NCBI GenBank assembly: GCA_951406725.2
Contig: OX597826.1
Coordinates: 75,082,001 to 75,146,000 of the forward strand
Direction of reading: 5' to 3'
Length of the DNA: 64,000 bases
Origin: Octopus vulgaris
Taxonomy: Eukaryota
The position numbers were made by a program, and so were the translations under genes. The notes under the pieces were generated by a model that saw only the letters and a list, made by a program, of their open reading frames with translations, had not been told where the DNA came from and searched no databases. Below, piece by piece: positions 12,186 through 26,205 of this stretch. Within the stretch, counting starts at the first letter, position 1. Every line of letters begins with the position of its first letter.

Positions 12186-12479
12186 GCTTGAGTGTAAATC
12201 AAGATGTTGTTTGGAAAGCATGCGTATGGAGTGATAGCTGAGAAGAGAGAGATTTGGAAATGTCATCATTATTATGAGAGGTTGCTGAAAGAAGAGAATG
12301 CATGAGAGGGAAGGATGCCCAATGGTGGGACCAGCTATTGAAATTGACTGTTAAAAATGCAGTTGAAGATTTGAAAGCGAAGAAAGGGGCTGAACCATTA
12401 GGGAATAGAGCTGAGATGCAGGAAATATCCAGTAAATTGGGACATGTGTTAGTAATTTATTAAGTCAATTAGGTGATAA

Positions 12480-12737
12480 AATAAATAAATGCGCCCTTTT
12501 AAAGCCTAGCCAGGCTCATGGGCCCGGTTTCCCGGTTTCTATGGCGTATGTGTTCCCCGGCTGAACAGGGCGCCAGTCCATCGCAGCATTACTCGCTTTT
12601 GCCAGCTGAGTGGACTGGGGCAATGTGAAATGAAGTGTTTTGCTCAAGAGCACAACGTGTCACCTGGTCCAGGAATCGAAACCACAATCTTACGATCATG
12701 ATGCTGACACCCTAACCACTAAGCCACGTGCCTCCAC
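12480..12737 (-). mobile_element. SINE family C, full length
   Basis: Reverse complement of the tRNA-like head (CCCTAACCACTAAGCCACGTGCCTCC) with a T-rich tail on the minus strand. Confidence 0.8.
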
Positions 12738-13038
12738 GTTGTTGAGCATGCTGGAGGAAATTAAGCCGACTTGGCTGCAATACTTTTTTGAGAAGGGTGT
12801 ACAGTGTGCTTTGATTATCCATCAGTGTTAGATAGAGGGAGGGGCAGGAGTGGCATGGCGGATTGTCACATGTGAAGAGATTAGTGATATAAGGCGGAGA
12901 AGAAGGAGGCTGATGATGTCTGACTACCCATCCATGGCAGACATAAAGAAGCTAAATGGACATTTATACTTAACACAGTTCCAGTCTTGCACACCTGGTC
13001 AGTGCACACATTCATACTCTACTTACACAAAAGGTACA

Positions 13039-13082
<44 letters not shown>

Positions 13083-13559
13083 TCACTCACACACACACAT
13101 ACACATAACTTTTCAACATTTGACTTCAGCACAGAACACATAAATCTGTAAAACCCCAACTACAGTATTTTACATTCAGGTAATTGTATAAATTTGCAGA
13201 GCTAGCCAACCTATCGAAAAATATAGTTAACAAAAATGTGGATTATGAATTAACTGCTAAGATACTTGATGTAATTAATGATGGACATTATGATTAGCAA
13301 GAAAGAGCAACAGGCTCAGCATTGTTCTTTCTTCTGTTTTAAATTGGTGTCTCATAACATTTAAGATAATTGATGTTGAAGATGATCTTGGCAGATAATT
13401 TACAATTTGATTGATGGGGTTAATTAGCATCAAAAGCTACATTTCTTCTTCAAGTTGCTCTCTCTCTCTCCCCTCTTACCTCCTTCTACTCTCCTTCTCT
13501 CTTTCTCTCTCTCATTATATATATGTGTGTGTGTGTGTGTGTATATTATAAGAAATATA

Positions 13560-13829
13560 TACATAATTATAACAAGGGATTGGCTATAACCTATGGAGTA
13601 ACGTTGCTGAGAATAACAAGAGGTATAGATTTTTTTACCTTAAGCTTGAAACAAGATCTTGTCCATGTTTAACCAAAAGTTTAATTCGTTATTTTTCTTT
13701 TGCTCGACTACAGTCTGTGTATTATTTTTGGGTGTTTTAAGGTGGTATTAGCATCTTTTAGCATCTATTTCTAGCACGTGGGGAGGCTTATAGCTAATCC
13801 TTTGTTACAATTATGTATAATTATTATAA
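13560..13829. mobile_element. Element with ~30-bp terminal inverted repeats and a decayed HHR motif
   Basis: TACATAATTATAACAAGGGATTGGCTATAA / TTATAGCTAATCCTTTGTTACAATTATGTA; inside, CTGAGAA ... GAAA CAAGATCTTG TC. Confidence 0.55.
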
Positions 13830-14394
13830 TATTTGTAAAATTCACCTATAAGGATTTATTTCCAGACTGATCCCTTGGTAAAATCACTAATGATTTTTAT
13901 CCTTCATTATAATATATATATATGTATATATATTATCATCATCATTATCGTCGTTTAACGTCCGCTTTCCATGCTGGCATGGGTTGGACGGTTTGTCTGA
14001 GGCATGGTGAACCAGAGGCTGCACTAGGCTCAATCTGATCTGGCAGAGTTTCTACAGCTGAATGCCCTTACTAACACCAACCACTCTGAAAGTGTAGTGG
14101 GTGCTTTACATGCCACCAGCACGAGGACCAGTCAGGCGGTTCTGGCAACGACCACGTTCAAAAGGTGTTTTTTACGTGCCACCTCCACAGGAGCCAGTCT
14201 GGCAGCACTGGCAATCACCTAGCTCGAATGTTGTTTTTCCTGTGCCACCGGTACATGTGCCGGCAAGACGATGCTGGCAACGATCACGCTCGAATGGTGC
14301 TCTATATAAATGTATGTGTATTTTTTCAATGTTTACAAATAACATGGAAAATATAAATAGATAGTTACCAGGCTAGCAAAAATTCAAGCAATTG

Positions 14395-15012
14395 CATCAT
14401 CCATACTCTCAACAATGCGCCCTTAAATATGGTTTCTGATTACAAATATCTTGGGTCATACATATCATCATCTGGAAAAGATTTTCTAACTAGAAAGGGT
14501 ATGGCCTGGTCAGCCTGTAATGACATTCATAAGATCTGGTCATCAAATCTAAGTAGAGACTTCAAACTTGAAATCTTCAAAGCCACAGTCAAACCATTTC
14601 TACTATATGGCTCAGAAACCTGGACGTTATCAAAGAAGCTTGAGAGGTGGTTGGATGGAACCTACACTCGCATCCTTATGAGAGCTCAAAATCTCTCGTG
14701 GAAGCACCATCCAACCAAAATGCAAATATATGGGAAACTATCACCTGTGTCACCTCTTGTGAAAGGTAGGAGAGTCCAGTTTGCTGGACATTGTTGTAGA
14801 GCTGAAAACGAGGTGATTTCTACTCTTCTCCTCTGGAAGCCATCTACTCGCAATACCAGAGGGCGCACACTCTCCTACCCTGATGTAATCTCCAGGGATA
14901 CAGGCATCCAACAACGGGACCTCCGTAATGCCATGATGGACCATGAAGTCTGGCGTAGCATGGTAAATTCCATTGTCTCAACCACGGTCGAACAATGATC
15001 ATGATGATGATG
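14395..15012 (+). mobile_element. 5'-truncated RTE-clade LINE; ORF 14429-14998 is the RT C-terminal region
   Basis: 189-aa open frame with YKYLGS, LLYGSETW and RRVQFAGH motifs typical of the RTE ORF2 C-terminus, followed by a (GAT)n tail. Confidence 0.85.
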
Positions 15013-15277
15013 AAGAAATTACCAAGGATGTAACAGCCTACTTATAAAGGTAGAAATTCTGGGTTTTGGTGAAATGATTTTGTATGACATAGATAAATAA
15101 ACAAATGGAGTTAAACTCAGGTGTTATTCAAATCTTTATACTTCCGACATATGTTTTGAAGAAAACACTGGTATTTTCCAGAAGGAATAAAATGATGTAA
15201 AACAATGCTATTTTCCCATCAGGGCAAAAAGAGAAACAAAACTCATCAATAAGACATTTTAACCGTTGTGTATAGAA

Positions 15278-15320
<43 letters not shown>

Positions 15321-15731
15321 TGTATCTGTTCCCACCACTATCACTTGACAACCAACGTTGGTGTGTTTACATCCCCATAACTTAGCAGGGTCAACAAAAG
15401 AGACCGATAGAATAAGTACTAGGTTTACAAAGAATAAGTCCTGGGGTCGATTAGTTCAACTAAAGGCAGTGCTCCAGCATGGTCGCAGGCAAATGACTGA
15501 AACAAATAAAAGAATATACACATATGCATGTCTTGAGTTCTTTATCCTTCTGGTGATGTAAAGCACCTGTGTGGTGCTGCGTAAAAAAAGCACCTAGTGC
15601 AATCCATAAAGTGGTTGGCATTAGGAAAGGCATCAAGCCATAGAAACCGTGCCAAACCAGACTGGAACCTCGTACAGCTCCCCAGCTTGCCAGCTCTGGT
15701 CAAAGCGTCGAACCCAAGCCAGCATGGACAA

Positions 15732-15766
<35 letters not shown>

Positions 15767-16229
15767 AATGATGATGATGATGATAATGATGATGATGATG
15801 ATGATGATATATATATATATATATTATGTAGGTATGGTAAAATCCAAGCTGTGTCCTCTTGAAGTACATCTGCTTCTTCCAGTATTGTAATCCAGTATGT
15901 TGTTGTTGTTATTGTTGTACTGATGTGGGGTACATATTAGAGTTGAAAATTCTGGATATATTGATTGCAGAGTTATTATGTAACAAAACAGGAAAATAGG
16001 AAGCTAAAAATTTTTGAAATCAATATTATCATCATCATCGTCATCATCATCATCATCATCATCATTATTATGAAGGTGGTTAGCTGGCAGAATATTTACT
16101 CTGCTGGGCAAAATGCTTAGTAACATTTATAAATTCAAATTCTGCCAAGGTGAACTATACCACAAAAAATTTTCCAACTTCCTGTTTTGTTTTATATATA
16201 ATTCCATAATTCTCCATTTTCTTTCTTTC

Positions 16230-16271
<42 letters not shown>

Positions 16272-17029
16272 TATAAATATATATATAGGTATACACATAC
16301 ATATATAAGTTAAAACACCTTACTATGTTATAATAACCTATTCTGACAGCACTAAGTGACCGACCAATTATCTTGTGGAGATGAAATGATACCGTAAAAA
16401 ACATCAGATAAGTATTTGTGGTATCTAATTAGCTGAAATAGATATCCGAGTGGCTCGGCCCTTGTAATTAATGACATGGGAGTTTGGCAAGCAATGGGTG
16501 CATGGTTCGAATTCCATCAGTGGAATCGGAGTTTTTAATCAGAGATTTCAATGTCTAACATGAAAGTGTGTATTACTCACCATATCACTGTTTCCCTCAG
16601 GATCTTTCATTTTTAACTTTGGAATATTCATCACCATTGAAACTGTGTATGTATTTCAACCAACTGGAAATAAAATGTTTGGATGGGCATCAGTAAACAT
16701 GTTTAACAAAGCAGAACATGATAACAACAATAACTAGAGAAACAATAGCAGCAGCAACTAGCAATAACCAAGCCTCGGATTTACCTCATTGGCCATGGTA
16801 CCACCTCAGAACTAGAGAAACAACAGCAGCAACAGAGACCATTGTCTCTTGCAACCGGTCACTTACTAGCCTCTTACAATGTCTCAAATATATTGTTTCT
16901 CTGGCCATTAACTCTGGCCATCGATAACTGACAGGTGACTTGGTAAAAAACCCACAATACCCTTTACCATCTTAGCAGCAACAACTTTGGAACCCTTTTT
17001 TTGAATTTGATATTTTACCACTTGTGAAT

Positions 17030-17625
17030 CATCATCATCATCATTACCATCATCATTGTCGTCGTCATCGTCATCGTTTAACGTCCGCTTTCCATGCTGG
17101 CATGGGTTGGATGGTTTGACTGAGGACTGGCAAGCTAGGAGGCCGCACCAGGCTCCAGTTTGATCTACAGCTGGATGCCCTTCCTAATGCCAACCACTCT
17201 GAGAGTGTAGTGGGTGCTTTTTACATGCCACCAGCATGAGAGCCAGTCAGGCAGCACTGGCAACGATAACACTTGAATGGTGCTTTTTATGTGCCACCAG
17301 CAGGGAACCAGTCAGGCGGCACTGGCATTGACCATGCTCGAATGATGCTTTTTAAGTGCCACCAGCACAGGTGCCAATCAGGCGTTACTGTCATCGGTCA
17401 TGACAATGACTTCCCTTGACTCAACAGGTCTTCACAAATGCAGTTTATTTCCCAATGATTGAAGGGTGCTCTTTAATGGGCCAGTTATGCTGCGCTGGCA
17501 TAGGTTACGGTTACGGTCTCACTTGCCTTGCCAGGTCTTCTCAAGCACAGCATATCTCCAAAGATCTTGGTCACTTGTCATTGCATCCGTGAAGCTCAAC
17601 ATTCAAAGGTCATGCTTCACCACCT
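17030..17625 (-). mobile_element. SINE family D, long copy
   Basis: Family D 3' end plus internal repeats and an extended upstream body, shared with the copy at 49197-49536. Confidence 0.75.
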
Positions 17626-18214
17626 CATGTATGTGTGTGTATATGTTTGTGTGTCTATGTCTGTCCCAACCACTATCACTTGACAACCAACGTTGGTGTG
17701 TTTACATCCCCATAACTTAGCCGGTCGGCAAAAGATAGAGCATCCAATACTTTCAGAAACAATTTCTCACACTCAACATTGCTGATGCATGGACTAAACT
17801 CCCTGCATCTATTGTTGATTTTCAGAACATTGCATCCTTCCAAAATTCTATGCTTCATGATATTAACCAACACTACTCCTGACACAACTATGCATCCTTA
17901 TTCTTTACGATTCTTTTAAGATTCACTTTCCTCTATTTTCATGGTTTGTTCTGTATATTACACATGTACTTTTAGCCTTCATTGCTAATATGTCTGCCCT
18001 TTGACTCTTCTTTTAAACTTTACCAACGAGTTATAGTATGCCTGAGCATGGTGTACAATAAACTCATTGTTATTTTTATTATTTTTAAGTCCAGGGAAGA
18101 TGTGAAAGGAAAATTGTGAGATCGGATCTCAAGATGCTGGGCCTCACAGAAATGGGATGTGTTGCAACATAATGTACTATAGACCTATCCAACCTACACA
18201 CACACACATATATA

Positions 18215-18905
18215 TACATATATGTGTGTATGTATGTATGTATGTATGTATGTATCTGTGTATGCCTGTATGCGTATATGTGTGTATGTATGTAAGTATG
18301 TATGTACGTATGTATGCATGTATGTATGTATGCATGCATGCATGTGTGTATGTGTGTATGTATGTACGTATGTATGTATGCATGTATGCGTGTATGTGTG
18401 TATGTATGTATGTATGTATGTATGTATGTATGTATCTGTGTATGCATGCATGCATGTATGTGTGTATGTATGTATGTATGTATGCGTGTATGCGTGTATG
18501 TGTGTGTGTATGTATGTATGTATGTATGCATGTATGCGTGAATGTATGTATGTATGTATGTACGTATGTATGCATGTATGCGTGTATGTGTGTATGTATG
18601 TATGTGTGTATGTATGTATGTATGTATGTATGTATGTGTGTATGTATGTATGTATGTGTGTATGTATGTATGTGTGTATGTATGTATGTATGTACGTATG
18701 TATGCATGTATGCGTGTATGTGTGTATGTATGTATGTGTGTATGTATGTATGTATGTATGTATGTATGTGTGTATGTATGTATGTATGTGTGCATGTATG
18801 TAAGTGTGTATGTATGTATGTTTGTATATCTACAGACATGTTCATATATATTTGAATATGTATGTATGCATGCATATATGTGCATATGTATGCATGTATG
18901 TATAT
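18215..18905. repeat. Compound (TATG)n/(TG)n microsatellite
   Basis: About 700 bp; source of the spurious MYVC/HTYI ORFs. Confidence 0.95.
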
Positions 18906-18914
18906 CATATTGTT

Positions 18915-19445
18915 GGCTTTCCTTTTCATAATTTTGGTGAACTGGATTGACATGTGCAGCTGTTGTGGAAGTGGTATGAGAATCGGTGAATGTAGGATGA
19001 GTCATCTGATATTTGCAGATGATATGATGCTACCTGACTCATCAGGAGCTGACCTGCAGCATGCACAGAAAGGGATCACTGTCAAATGGCGCAAAGCAGG
19101 GATGACATTGGTCGTCTCAAGAAAGTCTTGCCAGTGTTACTCTGCATATAAGTGGAAGATCACTGGGGTAAGTTAAGAAGCTTAAGTATCTCAGGATTGT
19201 ATTTGTGTTGGGGGACAGGAGCTGGATTGGGGGCTAGAATTACAGGGGCTGGCATAATAATGTGCCAGTTTGAGCATCCAGCTCCCAGAAGAGGAGAGGT
19301 TGGTAAAAAAAAAACCAAACTTACTATCTCCAATTTGGTTTTCTTGCTAGCGTTCATGAATGTTGTGTGATGACCAAAAGAATACAATTGCAAATACAAG
19401 CATTTGAAATGGGGTTACTTCAAAGGATTTCTAGAGGAATGTTAT
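18915..19445 (+). mobile_element. Degenerate RTE-like LINE RT fragment
   Basis: SHLIFADDMML (FADD catalytic motif) with frameshifts; homologous to 41085-41940. Confidence 0.75.
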
Positions 19446-19561
19446 ATTTTAGATTAAAAAAGAATTTGTTTATCGTAATTTTAAAAGATAGAGAAGTATA
19501 AAAAAACCACATTATTTATGGGATGACCTAATATATATATATATATATATATATGCATGTG

Positions 19562-19645
<84 letters not shown>

Positions 19646-19945
19646 TATATTTATATATCATCATCATCATCATCATCATCATTTAGCGTCCGCTTTCCAT
19701 GCTAGCATGGGTTGGACGGTTCAACTGGGGTCTGTGAAGCCAGAAGGCTGCATCAGGCCCAGTGTGATCTGGCAGTGTTTCTACGGTTGGATGCCCTTCC
19801 TAACGCCAACCACTCCGTGAGTGTGGTGGGTGCTTTTTACATGCCAGCCGCACAGGTGCTAGGCAGAGCTGGCAAACGGCCATGGATGGATGGTGCTTTT
19901 ACGTGCCACCGGCACGGGGGCCAGGCCAGGCTGGCAACATATATA

Positions 19946-19993
<48 letters not shown>

Positions 19994-20012
19994 CATACAT
20001 ACATACATATAT

Positions 20013-20045
<33 letters not shown>

Positions 20046-20125
20046 TACATACATACATATATATATAAATAAATATATATATATAAGAAATATTGAATTT
20101 CTAAATCTCTCGTAGAGACAGATTC

Positions 20126-20157
<32 letters not shown>

Positions 20158-21512
20158 CACACATATTTATGTATATACATGTATGTATTTATGTATATAC
20201 ATGTCTATTACTGCTGCTAGTACCACATAAAAAAGCACCCAGTACACTTTGTAAAGTGATTGATGTTGTGAAGGGCATCCAGTTGTAGAAACGCTGCCAG
20301 AAAACAGACTGCAGAGCTTGGTGCAGTATTTTGACTTGGCAGCCGCAGTTAATCCATCCAGCCGATGCCAGCATGGGAAACGGATGCTGAACGAGGATGA
20401 TGATGATGATGTAGATATAAAAGACAACATTTAATGTGTATACATGTGATACAAAGAGATTTATATAAATAAACCAAACTGGGTCTCCTCACGGTGGTGG
20501 TGGTGGTGGTTCTGGTGGTGGTGGTGGTGGTTCTGGTGGTGGTGGTTCTGGTGGTTGTTCTGGTGGTGGTGGTGGTGGTGGTGGTGGTGACAGCGGCAGC
20601 AGTGATGTTGCTTCTGGTGGTGCGTGGTGTGGGTGGATGGGTGGGCGGGTGGGTGGGTGGTGCGGGTGGGTTTGGTGTGGGTGGGTGGGTGGTGTGGTTT
20701 GAGACTTAAACTCAACAGCAGTGCTGGGTGGAATTCTATTCAACAAACCTGACAGTAGAATGGCAGAAATTTAAGGAGGGTGGAGTAGATTGATGTGCTG
20801 GAGATACCTTGGTAGGGTAACTGACAGGAAGAGAGAGAAAGAGAGAAAGAGAGAGAGAGAGAGGTGTTACAAGAGCGAAGAAAGCAGAACACAAGTGTTG
20901 TGATGACGGAAATGTAATTTAAATTGGTTTAGTGACATTCATGTGGATATGAGGAATGAGAAGTATCTGCAGAAAAGATTAAGGAACGAAAGGGGCCAGG
21001 GTGGAGGAGGGGGGTGGGGGTGAAATGAATCATTATAGAGTTCGGCAAAGAAGGCAGAACTAGGACAAATTAGTGAAGAGAGATTAAGTTAAGGTGGATA
21101 AGGGATTAAAGGGTCATTGATTATTAATTAGCAAGGAATTGGAAAATTTTTAAAAAGGTTTCCAAAGAGGGAGAAATCAGGAATAAAGCTAGAAGGAGTT
21201 GAGGGAACATTTTGGTAACTTCTATCATAAATTTGATTCCTTGTACGTGTCTGCAGGGTAGATTGTTGTGTATTGAGTATTTCTCACAGATACCCCTTTT
21301 CCACCCACCCAGAATGTACTGGTGGGTGGGTGAGAGGTTAAGAAGTCCCTTTTGAAACTACATGGTTCTGAGTTCTGACTCACTGTGTGGCACCTTGGGC
21401 AAGTGCCATCTACTATAGCCTCAAACAGGCCAATGCCTTGTGAATGAACTTGGTAGATGGAAATTCTGTGGCAAATCATCACGTTTGTATATATATATAT
21501 ATATATATATAT

Positions 21513-21905
21513 AGGAGTGGCTGTGTGGTAAGTAGCTTGCTTACCAACCACATGGTTCCGGGTTCAGTCCCACTGCGTGGCACCTTGGGTAAGTGTCTTC
21601 TACTATACCATCGGGCCGACCAAAGCCTTGTGAGTGGATTTGGTAGATGGAAACTGGAAAAAGCCCATTGTATATATGTATATATATGTAAGTGTGTGTA
21701 TATGTTTGTGTGTCTGTATTTGTCCCACCAACATCGCTTGACAACCAATGGTGGTGTGTTTACTTCCCTGTAACTTAGCAGTTTGACAAAAGCAACTGAC
21801 AGAATAAGTACTAGGCTTATGAAGAATAAGTCCTAGGGGTCGATTTGCTCGACTAAAGGTGGTACTCCAGCATGGCCACAGTCAAATGACTGAAACAAAT
21901 AAACG
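21513..21905 (+). mobile_element. SINE family A, full length
   Basis: Head GGAGTGGCTGTGTGGTAAG..GGTTCAGTCCC, central GGCACCTTGGGTAAGTGTCTT, internal microsatellite, 3' AATGACTGAAACAA. Confidence 0.85.
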
Positions 21906-21907
21906 AA

Positions 21908-22200
21908 TATATATTAAAAATGGGGAAGGCCAGTTTATGAGACTACTTTAGGTTTCCCGTCCATAAAGGGTTTAGTTTTATGGCATATTGTCAGATCCCA
22001 AAACCCTGTTGACCATGACTTCTTAAAAATATTGGTCATGGGCCAACAGGTCTTTGGGATCTGACAATATGCCATAAAACTAAACCCTTTATGGACGGGA
22101 AACCTAAAGTAGTCTCATAAACCGGCCTTCCCCATTTTTAATATATACTGCTCTACATCTTAGAGTGTGCTTCTTCTTTCGGATTTGTTTTTTACAAACA
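21908..22200. repeat. Fold-back (arms 21908-22019 / 22035-22147) with an HHR-like motif in each arm plus a one-sided tail
   Basis: Near-perfect ~112-bp inverted arms. Plus arm reads TGGGAT CTGACAA ..CCATAAA..TTTATGG.. GAAA CCTAAAG TA GTCTCA. Confidence 0.8.
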
Positions 22201-22213
22201 ATATATATATATA

Positions 22214-22316
<103 letters not shown>

Positions 22317-23715
22317 GTGTATGTGTGAATATATATATAATGAACTCTTCTGCTGTTAGATGACGCATGAGAGTTCGACAATTTCTTACCAAACAACCAC
22401 ACAGATGATTTGTTTATAGTGATCAAATGTTTGTGTAGACATAAGCTCACTCTCTCCATCAGATCGACATCACCTGTACAGGTGCAACTGGGTGCCACAT
22501 GTCAGGTGTTGAAATGATTGCAGAGCAACGTTAAATGAAGTGCCTTGCTCAAGAACATGATGCAACACCCAGTCTGGGAATTGAGCCCACGATCTCACAA
22601 TCGTGAGTGCAACACCTTAACCACTTAGCCATGCACCTTCATATGGATATATTATATATATATATATGTGTGTGTGTGTGTATGTATGTGTGTGTGCTTG
22701 CACGGTTCAGACCATGTCCATACTTAAGTACCTCTCCTCCGTTGCATTCATGAGCAAACACATTTTTTGTTCTGATTACTTTTAACAAGTGACTTGCACT
22801 GAACCAGCCTTTCTGATACATTAATATTTCATAAATATGTTGGTTAAAACTATATAATTAAGATATTAGCTTCACTCTATAAATTTTAGCAGCTGTCACA
22901 CCATAATCTGAGTTCTTAATATCATGGATATTTAAACAAGAAGATATAATTATAGCTTGGAAGTTCTGCATAGCACTTGGTCAGTCTACTGTCGGTAAAA
23001 CAGATATAAGTAAGACTTCTTGCTGAACAGATTATGATATTATTTGGATTAATTTTACTTAAAGGAAAATAAATCTTGCAGAGATGATAATCCTCTAAGT
23101 AGTTCAGATACAACAGTACTTCTTAAATAGGGCAATAATTCCTTCCTGTTTAATCTGAAGAACTGGTAAAGTGTCTGAGAGCAGAATAATTGGTGGAGGT
23201 GGGCGTGGTTAATATAAGATATTGATTGTTAGAGGATTATTGTTGAAGAGAAGACATAGTTATGGAGGGAGTTCCAGAGATAGGGACCACTGGGGGTGGG
23301 GGAAGGAGTGTAATGGTATCCAGGACAGGGGTTGCAATGAATGAAACATTTTGAGGAAATGAGGTGAGACAATATAGGAGAGTTGGAATGGGATGAGATG
23401 TGATGAAAGTAGGTCAAACATAACGAAATGTTTGTGAGAGAAAGTTTGGATCTCGAGTGGAATTCTTTCATCATAGATACAAAGTATTGGGTGAAAATGA
23501 GGAGTTGGGTGTACTTTTGTAGATGGGTTTAGTAGAAAACAGAATGCACACACACTCACACACACACATTCAAATGACTATTCACACCAATTTATATACA
23601 CATACAAACACACATATACAAACATATATCAGCCCATTTGTTTCTCTTCTGGTCATTTCAACATGCAGTAACAGTTTAATCGAAACACACTTGTTCTTTT
23701 TCCTCTGTTTTTCTA

Positions 23716-23752
23716 TCCTTTCTGAAGAAGAGCATAGGCTCAAAACATTAAC
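23716..23752 (+). ncRNA. Decayed minimal hammerhead ribozyme (Penelope-type)
   Basis: CTGAAGA A GAGC ATAG GCTC AAAA CATTA: core and stem II intact; CGAAACG appears decayed to CAAAACA. Confidence 0.5.
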
Positions 23753-24083
23753 AACTTCTTCCAATTTTCCTGAGCACAAAAACCTAGTACACCTCTTTGT
23801 TGTTTTTTTACTTCATCTTCATGTTTTTTTATATTTTTGTACCATATATATATATACATATATATAGTAGTATAATATAAACAAAAAATATAAAGAATTG
23901 AATGGAAACATCTATACAGACTACTAAGACTTCATAATGTGTATAGTATTGGTGTTTCTTAAACACTAATATTAATGCAAGGAGACCAATTCCAGTAAAT
24001 TCACAGACATATAGATAAATCAGATAAAGCCAGGATGTAAGACATCCTTGGAAAGAGCAATCACTTTCTTTACAAAACCTCAT

Positions 24084-24131
<48 letters not shown>

Positions 24132-25224
24132 TGGGATGATGATGTGAGGAGGAGGATAGATGTATGCATGTATTTACGCACATATGCATTCAAGTATACT
24201 TTAAGCCCTAGAATTTCTGTAAGTGTAAACGCATGACAATGCCGGCCAAATCTCTTAAGACTTCCTCAAGTATACTTCTGTGAATTCAAATGTTTATTTT
24301 GTCAATGAACGCCATTAAATAAATGTTAGTTTTACTTTACAGTTTTAAAAAGTAAGACACAACGACACAGTGAAGCTGCTTTGTATTCCTCTCGGAAACC
24401 CAGTCTAGTATTCTAATATAGTATTCTGATATTGACTTAGTAATACCAAATGACTACAGTGCTGCTCAAAGGTGAGATGGAAACTAACAAATTACACCAA
24501 ATAAGACTTTGAATTAAAAATGTTATGTGTCACAATTGTGACTGCATTAGTGCCATGGGGAGCTGGTAAATGGAGATGTATTTTGTTGGTTGTGTGAATC
24601 ATAACTGAAGCATGCTCGCAAACGTTGAACTGAAATATTTATTGCTGAACATAAAAATATTGAGTGGTGGCTATTTATAATGAACAACATAAATATTTGT
24701 TGACTGGGAAAGAAACAAACAGCTCTGAAATTAAAGAAAGTTGTCCATGTGGCAATGTGGTTGGCCTCAAAATATACCAAGTCAAACACACAAATGGCAA
24801 CAGAGGTCTTTGTAATGGATAAAAGAGTCGAGTCCTTGCAATATTATATTTTCAAGTGAGCCATTAGCCAGTCTATTTACAAAGGGAACAGTCAGATTAT
24901 TTAGAAGGCATTTTTAGTTCCCCACAAGTATTCCACAGTTTTAGAAAGATCAAATTTCCTCAGCGGATAAGGTGTTTAAAGGTCTCTTTGGTTTGCATTA
25001 CTGTGTGAGCACCTGATGCTATGTAGCCTAAGAAAGAGTAACGAACCATAATTTTACACACATTGAAATTTTGTATGTACGTCTGCTGAGAAAGTGTTCT
25101 CTAAATAGAGACAAAATGGTTCTTGTTTTCCTGGAAACCTCCCGGCTGATCAGAGAGTTGACCCACAAAATATTCCTTGGCTGTCTGCCCTTGGCCATCT
25201 GCCCTTGGCCACCAAACCTTGGCT

Positions 25225-25985
25225 GTCAAACCATCGACCCCAATGTTTCACTGGTACTTTTTTTATTGACCCCCAAAAGATTGAAAGGCAAAGTCAACCT
25301 CAGTGGAATTAGAACACAGAACATAAGGAAAGGCAAAATACCACAAAGCATTTCGTCCAGCATGCTAATGACTCTGCCAGATTGCCACCTTAATGATAAT
25401 AATAATAATAATAATCATCAGTTAACATCCGTTTTTCATGCTGGCATGGGTTGGATGGTTTGACTGAGGTCTGGAGAGCCAGCAGCTGCACCAGGCTCCA
25501 ATCTGATCTGGCAATGTTTCTACAACTGGATGCCCAATAATAATAATTCTTTCTACTAAGGGCACAAGGCCTGAAATCTTGTAGGAGGGGGACTAGTCAA
25601 TTACATCGACCCCAGTGTTTCACTGGTACTTATTTTATCGACCGCAAAAGGATGAAAGGAAAAGTTGACCTTGGCGGAATTTGAACTCAGAACGTAAAGA
25701 AATGCCGTTAAGCATTTTACCCACCATGCTAACGATTCTGCTAGCTCACTGCCTCATATAGTAATAATATTAATAATAATGCTTTCTATTATAGGCACAA
25801 GGCCTGACATTTTAGGGAAGGAGTTAGTCAATTACATCGACCCCCCCCCCCCCCCCGTACATCAACTCCGAAAGGATGAAAGGCAAATCTGACCTTGGCA
25901 GGATTTGAACTCAGAACATAAAGACAGAATAAAATTATGTTAAGCATTTCGCTCATCATGCTAACAATTCTGTTAGCACACTTCT
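25225..25985 (-). mobile_element. Cluster of three family B SINEs (with a family D fragment)
   Basis: Three repeats of GGATGAAAGG..GACCT..ATTTGAACTCAGAAC..AAGCATTT-like sequence, separated by (AAT)n. Confidence 0.75.
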
Positions 25986-25989
25986 TAAG

Positions 25990-26167
25990 TTGATGATGAT
26001 GATGACGATGACAATGATGATGACGACGATGACAAGAATGATGATGATGGTGGTGATGACGATGATGACGATGTCAATGATGATGATGATGACGATGATG
26101 ATGATAATGATGATGACGATGATGACAATGACAAGAATGATGATGATGGTGGTGATGCTGATGGCAA

Positions 26168-26199
<32 letters not shown>

Positions 26200-26205
26200 A
26201 TGATG
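25990..26205. repeat. (GAT)n/(GAC)n/(GCT)n trinucleotide tract
   Basis: Read directly from the sequence. Confidence 0.95.

Noticed and set aside
14429-14998. Host protein-coding gene
   Set aside because: The motifs and (GAT)n tail identify it as a truncated RTE retrotransposon ORF lacking the catalytic core.
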